Source: Bugula neritina
Taxonomy: Eukaryota > Animalia > Bryozoa
Direction: 5' to 3'
Assembly (NCBI GenBank): GCA_964035545.1
Contig: OZ037765.1
Coordinates: 33,293,504-33,357,503 of the forward strand
Length of the DNA stretch: 64,000 nt
Below are positions 53,811 through 64,000 of this stretch, in pieces; the stretch's first letter is position 1; each line of letters opens with the position of its first letter. The notes beneath the pieces were generated by a model. The model made no database searches. It saw only the letters and a list, made by a program, of their open reading frames with translations, and was not told where the DNA came from. The translations under genes were made by a program, and so were the position numbers.

Positions 53811-54162
53811 TTTACTTTTACTTTTACTTTTAATTTTAGTATTTCACTTTTCAATAGTTTTAGTTTTGAGATTGAGAATAAGTGATTCAAAGTTGGACCT
53901 CGAATCGAAAGTGAAAGCTGACGATAACATTAACTATTACTGCTGCATCACTAACCATAATTATAATTTTAATAATTATAATAATTATAATATAAATAAC
54001 GAATAATTATAATAATTATAATAATTAATATACAATAATTTATAGTGAATAATTCAATAAATCAAATTTAAGTTATAACTTATACTTATAGTTAAACTTA
54101 TAGTTAATACTAATAGTTATGTTTATAGTTATACTTAATCTTATAGCTATACTTATAGTTAT

Positions 54163-56390
54163 TCATCTCATCTCATCTCATCTCATCTCATCTCATCTAA
54201 TTAATCTCACTCGGAGCGCTTTGGCTCCTTTATCGAGATGCAGTGGTGTATGAACAATTGTTTAGATTATCAGTAGTAAGGAAAAAAACTATTTTGTCTA
54301 CGAGATAAGAATATAGTTAATTATGCTTCGATTCAAAGCTCAATAGCTAGCTACTGCCAGGAGAGAAAGAAAAAAAAAGAAAGAGAAAAAAAAAAAAAAA
54401 AAAAAAGTAAATAAATAAATAGATATACACAGCTTTAGATGATATAAAGCTGAGTCGGTGTTAAGTGCTTATAATCAGTTTGGCAAAGCAGCTAGAATCA
54501 TTTGAAAAGTTTATGGATGCGATGTTTATATGAATGTTTGGCAGTTTTGGTATTGATATTGCCCTTAATAGCACCATGTCTGGTATTGTGAGACTCTGCA
54601 AAATGAAGGGAGAACCGGTCTTGGTCTATAGCGGCACTACCAGAAAGCATACGAAAGTACATTTTTTGGTCTGCATTGTCACGTCTTTGTGCAAGGCTAT
54701 CCCAATTAGAATTTGTCATGAGCTCAGTTATATGATTTCGTTTTCTCTTACAGAATGTCCACCTGAAGGCTTTTCTATTTATACCTTCTATGATGTTGAT
54801 GTTTTTCAATTTAAATGGAGACCAGGTGTGGGTCGCAAATTCTAGTATAGGGCGACAGACTGTTTTATAAGCTATGGCTCTGGTTTTACTTTTAGCCTTT
54901 TTTAGACAGCGCATCAGCATGTGTAATAATTTATTAGCTTTTGAGCAAATGTTTATTATATGTTGATCGAATGACAGTTTATTATCAATCGTGACACCAA
55001 GGTATAATACTTTGTCAACACATTGTAAGGGGTCATTATTCATGCTGTATTGAGACACTAGAGGATTTACAGTGGAGCGTTGAATTGTCATATGCTCACA
55101 TTTATTTATATTGAACTTCATCTGAGAACTGTCTGCCCAAGTTATAAGATGGTCTAAGTCATTCTGAAATAAACTAGAATCAGCAGGTGTTGTGATTGGT
55201 TTGTACAACAAGGAATCATCTGCATATAGTTTAAGCTTGCTGTTGGCTACCGCAGAGTGCATGTCATTTATGTACACATTAAATAACAATGGTCCTAATA
55301 CACTGCCTTGGGGCACTCCTGAGGTCACATGTCTAGTGGCCGATTTGACGTTGTTGACACAGACTGAAAGAAGACGGTTCTGAAGCCATGAAAAAATCCA
55401 TTTGACAGTTTTATCAGCTATTCCAATATTTAGCAGTTTAACCTGTAGTTTATGGTGCGACACAACGTCAAAGGCCTTTGAAAAATCCAAGACAGCGAGA
55501 TCAACCGGTATCATTTCGTCAAAAAAATCTATAAATTCACTCACTGTATTCAACAACTGAGTATCGCAGCCATGATTTGTCCTGAAACCATGTTGGTGTG
55601 GGTAAAACAGGTCATTTGATTCGAGGAAACAGTTGATATTATGTGATACGATATGCTCGAAGATTTTGGATATGATAGAAGTGAGTGATATTGGCCTGTA
55701 ATTCAGCGGGTCTGTACGACTTCCTTTCTTGAAGATCGGTACAATGTTTGCTGTTTTCCAGTCTTGTGGTGTCTGAGATGTATCGTAAAAGTACTGAAAA
55801 ACTTTTGTTAGGGGCTCATATATATAATGTGCAAGATATTTTAGAAGTGCAGGAGAAAGCTCATCTGGGCCAGCACCTTTTCGTGGATCGAGTTTGGTGA
55901 GCTGTGTTAGGACTCCCCGAGGATCAAATTGTATAGGAGATGATATAGTTTGAGGTGGAATGCAGGGAGGGATATTACCATCATCAATAGAAAACACAGA
56001 AGCAAAGGAGTCCGCAAAAGATTCAGCTATAGCAGTATTGTTGTTAGGGGGGATGTTGTCTAGTTGGCGTACAGTATTTGAGCTGCCCTTTTTACTTGCT
56101 ATGAACCGATAAAAAGGTTTTGAATCACCCTGCTCTAATGTATTGCATATGTGTTTGTTTATATAATTATTATAGTCCCTGTTACACAATTTCTTGCAGT
56201 ACCGGGACTGGGTGGCATGTTTTAAAATGTTGTGCGGGGTGCGATCGTTAAGGCAAGCTAGGTGGAGGTGTTTTCTTTTTCTGATCTCACTTTTAGTTTC
56301 TTGGGATATCCAGAGTTTTGATTTTTTCTTTCTAAATTTGTATGGGATATTGGAATGGGCTACCTGAAGTATTCCAGATTTGAGATTATT
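54163..56390 (-). mobile_element. 5'-truncated non-LTR retrotransposon (CR1/L2 group LINE)
   Basis: RT ORF on the minus strand, ~300-nt 3' UTR, small stem-loop GGAGC/GCTCC (54213-54228) and a terminal (ATGAG)n tail (54163-54198). Sharp transitions into AT-rich host sequence at both ends; no endonuclease domain. Confidence 0.9.
54498..56189 (-). CDS. LINE ORF2 fragment: reverse transcriptase and C-terminal domain
   Basis: 563-aa ORF with KGAGPD, WKTANIVPIFKKG, NYRPISLTS, QHGFR, DFSKAFD, SGVPQGSVLGPLLF, YADD, FNINKC and YLGV. Confidence 0.95.
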   Translation of the reverse strand: MCNRDYNNYINKHICNTLEQGDSKPFYRFIASKKGSSNTVRQLDNIPPNNNTAIAESFADSFASVFSIDDGNIPPCIPPQTISSPIQFDPRGVLTQLTKLDPRKGAGPDELSPALLKYLAHYIYEPLTKVFQYFYDTSQTPQDWKTANIVPIFKKGSRTDPLNYRPISLTSIISKIFEHIVSHNINCFLESNDLFYPHQHGFRTNHGCDTQLLNTVSEFIDFFDEMIPVDLAVLDFSKAFDVVSHHKLQVKLLNIGIADKTVKWIFSWLQNRLLSVCVNNVKSATRHVTSGVPQGSVLGPLLFNVYINDMHSAVANSKLKLYADDSLLYKPITTPADSSLFQNDLDHLITWADSSQMKFNINKCEHMTIQRSTVNPLVSQYSMNNDPLQCVDKVLYLGVTIDNKLSFDQHIINICSKANKLLHMLMRCLKKAKSKTRAIAYKTVCRPILEFATHTWSPFKLKNINIIEGINRKAFRWTFCKRKRNHITELMTNSNWDSLAQRRDNADQKMYFRMLSGSAAIDQDRFSLHFAESHNTRHGAIKGNINTKTAKHSYKHRIHKLFK

Positions 56391-57103
56391 GGTTATACTT
56401 ATTATAAAATTAAAATACTGTTAAGTTTAACTTAAAGTTAAACTATAACTATTACTCCAACTATAAGTTATTTGCAGTTTGAATTCGAATTATTCATAAT
56501 TAATAATTAATAAATTATATAATTAAATATAATTTAAATTAAAATTATAATATTAATATTATTGTTATTATTAATAATAAATATTAATGATAGTTATGAT
56601 TATGATGATGGTTATTATTATTAGGATAATCGTAATGAACAATCACAATGGTTATTACTATTATTATTATAATCCTAATGAAATCACCATTATTAATATT
56701 ATCATTATGAATATAATGTCGACTACCAATATCATTAAATTTAGTATTACTATTATGCCTAATGTTTATATTATGATTCTGAATATCATTATAATATCAT
56801 TTAACAGTTTAATAAAAGTTTAGCAGGATTTACATCAGTTTTCGTGAAAGCTAGGACACGTCTGTGAAATTTAAGTGACTGTTGCTCTAAATTCAACCAT
56901 CACCATGCGTATATCTTGTGGTTAGGATTGTATATATTGTGGTTATGATTGTATATTATGTTGTTAGGATTGTGTATCTCGTGCAAAGCACAAACAAAGT
57001 GTTTTAATTCAGCTAAGTTATGTATATTGGAAGAGCTTAAAGCTAACAAGTATTTTAGATTAAAAGTTTGTAGTACCTGTATGTTGTAGAGCCGTTCTCT
57101 AAC

Positions 57104-58641
57104 ATGGCGAACACAGTAAAGGTGAGCAAACAATCTCTTAGTATTTGTTGATAATAATTACATTTGTTCATCTATATACCAAGTTGTCTTTTCTCTTCAG
57201 ATTCATATTCAGCTAATATACTTTGTTTTTATGAATGCAGGATAATGAAGTTCACATCACCTACGAAGATCAAGAAAAAATCAATTGTTTTGCAAGAAAT
57301 AATGCAAAGCTAACTTATCTAAAGGAAGAAATCAAGGAGCTTATCGTTAGTATTCAATAAATTTTTGTGTCGCAAATTGGATTTCTAATAGTTTTAAATT
57401 TTATATTACCTCCTGTCATAAGGTATCTTTGTATCTTTGATTTTGTGATAATTTTTAGAAAGAAAAAGAAAATTATGTTGATGCTGCTGATGAGATTATG
57501 ATGCTAGAAGGAGATGATGACAGTGTTCCATATATGGTATGTTACTGTGTTCCGTATATGGTATGTGTTCCTTATATGGTATGTTACTATGTTCCTTATA
57601 TGGTATGTTACTATGTTCCTTATATGATATGTTACTATGTTCCTTATATGGTATGTTACTATGCTCCTTGTATGGTATGTTACTATGCTTCTTATATGGT
57701 ATGTTACTATGTTCCTTATATGGTATGTTACTATGTTCCTTATATGGTATGTTACTGTGTTCCATATATGGTATGTTACTATGCTCCTTATATGGTATGT
57801 TACTATGCTCCTTATATGATATGTTACTATGTTCCTTAGATGGTATGTGTTCCTTATATGGTATGTTACTATGCTCCTTATATGGTATGTTACTATGTTC
57901 CTTAGATGGTATGTGTTCCTTATATGGTATGTTACTATGCTCCTTATATGGTATGTTACTATGTGTATGTGAGTGTGTTCCTTAGATGGTATGTGTTCCT
58001 TATATAGTATGTTACTGTGTTCCATATATGGTATGTTATTATGCTCCTTATATGGTATGTTACTGTGTTACTTATATGATACGCTACTGTGTTCCTTATA
58101 TGGTCTGTGGCTGTGTGATGTGACTGTGTAATATATGGTAGTCACAACTCACTGCACAATGTATAATTTCAGTAAAGTGTATTGTGTGTGAGTTTGAATT
58201 AATGCTTTTTTTCTCTATGAATAACTTTGTACATATAACACATTTTAGCAGTTTTTTACTGTTAGTATTATGCTCTATAGTTATTTATTTTGATTGCTCG
58301 ATAGATATACTAGTGGAATATATTCTTTATACTTTTATTTTTGTGAAATAACTTAGCAGATATAATATTTACTATCAAACTATAGCATATATTGCCAACA
58401 TGTTATGACAGGTGTTTAAGCAATCCTTATTTTATGGTTTCAGATTGGTGATGCGTTTTTCCCTCAGACTTCAGAGAAAGCGATGGAATACTTAGAGCGG
58501 AGACAGACAGAGATTGGCGAAGAAATGCAAACATTAGAAGATAAGGCCGTCTCAATTAATAAGATTCTTAGTGACTTAAAGGAGCAGCTTTATGCTAAGT
58601 TCGGTGATAACATCAACCTTGAAAATGATGAGGAATTGTAA
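57104..58641 (+). CDS. PFDN4: Prefoldin subunit 4
   Basis: Exons 57104-57121, 57241-57345, 57459-57536, 58444-58641, all phase 0: MANTVKDNEVHITYEDQEKINCFARNN..DAADEIMML..VPYMIGDAF..LSDLKEQLYAKFGDNINLENDEEL*, the PFDN4 signature. Confidence 0.95.
57523..58105 (+). repeat. 24-bp minisatellite (GTATGTTACTATGTTCCTTATATG; some 18-bp units), ~24 copies, starting at the PFDN4 exon 3 donor
   Basis: Each unit reproduces the exon end plus donor GTTCCATATATG|GTATGTTACT. Confidence 0.95.
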
Positions 58642-58776
58642 CAAAATGACATATTTTATATTTATATACTGGTCATGCTATATAAATTAACACAATCAAC
58701 TGTATATGCTTTATAATGTGTGTAATGCAGTCTAATGAGACACCACACCAAAGCTGTCCAACTGTTTAGTTCATAT

Positions 58777-63080
<4,304 letters not shown>

Positions 63081-64000
63081 AGTCTGAGCTGACTGCCCGC
63101 ACAATCCTGATACTCTTGATACTCTTACTCTACTATAATACAGGGGAATAGTCCTTGTACCAAACGGCTCTTATCACATCATAAATCAAACTTTTGCTTG
63201 TCTAAACTTTCACACTGATCATAGTCAAAGGCTATGTTCTTATATTAGGGCGTGCTTGTATGAACAGTACACCGACCCGTCTCAACAAGTCCATACATGG
63301 CAATTAGGCTGTTTTATTAGTTACAGCTTTTATAAGGTTTCTAACCTTTAAAATACAAGTTTGAAATAATGGTAGTGAGTTGAAATTCCTAATAAGAAGA
63401 GAGGATTTGAACAGCATTTCATAATACTGCTTTAGCTGTCACAGCTTGAAGTAGTTTATTCTCAATTGGTTAAGTGTGTTGTTTAATTTATATAGTCTTT
63501 GTTTTAGTCATACAATATAATATAATATATTTATTATATGAAATAAACAACAAGATTAAATAATTTGGTATAACTGTACTAATAATATTATTTTATTATA
63601 AATACTAACATATAATATACATTTTATATCATATGAATATTATATATATAGAATAATGACAATAAAATTTTGATGAGGGATAGACTAAAATTATATTATA
63701 AATTAATTTATATTACGCTGTACCAAACAATATGAAATATAAAAGCTCAACGATGTTCCTTAGACATATTGATATTTCAAAACTGATTGCTTATTGACAC
63801 AGAATTATGACTTAAATTATGCAGTAAACTGACTAAAACATTGAAAAGAAATACATATTTATTGAAACTGCTCTTGAAGCCCAAGTTCGATTCACAACTT
63901 GATGGAAGTAAAAGTAGAAACTGGCTTCACTTGGTGACTGATAGATCTTCTCCAGAGTTAGTCCAAGTAGCTACAAGTCAAGTCAAGTAATCTTTTTTTA

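Noticed and set aside
57496-58025. Minus-strand and off-frame repeat ORFs over the PFDN4 intron
   Set aside because: Minisatellite artefacts; only the frame continuing PFDN4 exon 3 is of possible relevance.

Overview
AT-rich, intron-dense animal genomic DNA (GT-AG introns, probably an invertebrate; the species cannot be determined). I reconstructed six spliced protein-coding genes by eye from splice sites and reading-frame phase. (1) The last four exons of CCDC40 (+). (2) A 44-exon, ~2,700-aa type II transmembrane mosaic serine protease (+, 5929-32391) with TM, Thr-rich stalk, SEA, 6 MAM, ~18 LDLa, 2 SRCR and two catalytically intact chymotrypsin-fold domains; both have Tyr at the activation site and non-trypsin S1 pockets. 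(3) An unassigned disordered protein (-, 33976-39182). (4) INO80D (-). (5) PFDN4 (+). (6) An ANKRD63/ANKRD34-like ankyrin-repeat gene (-). Mobile DNA: a non-autonomous hAT element with perfect TIRs and 8-bp TSD, a ~400-bp foldback MITE, an 88-bp TA-flanked mini-MITE and a 5'-truncated CR1/L2-group LINE with an intact RT ORF. The most unusual signals are the double-protease receptor and a recurring pattern of intronic minisatellites that are tandem amplifications of the adjacent splice junction (CCDC40 donor and acceptor, PFDN4 donor). Two other minisatellites are arrays of AP-1 and MEF2 consensus sites. Gene models are manual, have no transcript support, and boundaries may be off by a few bases.
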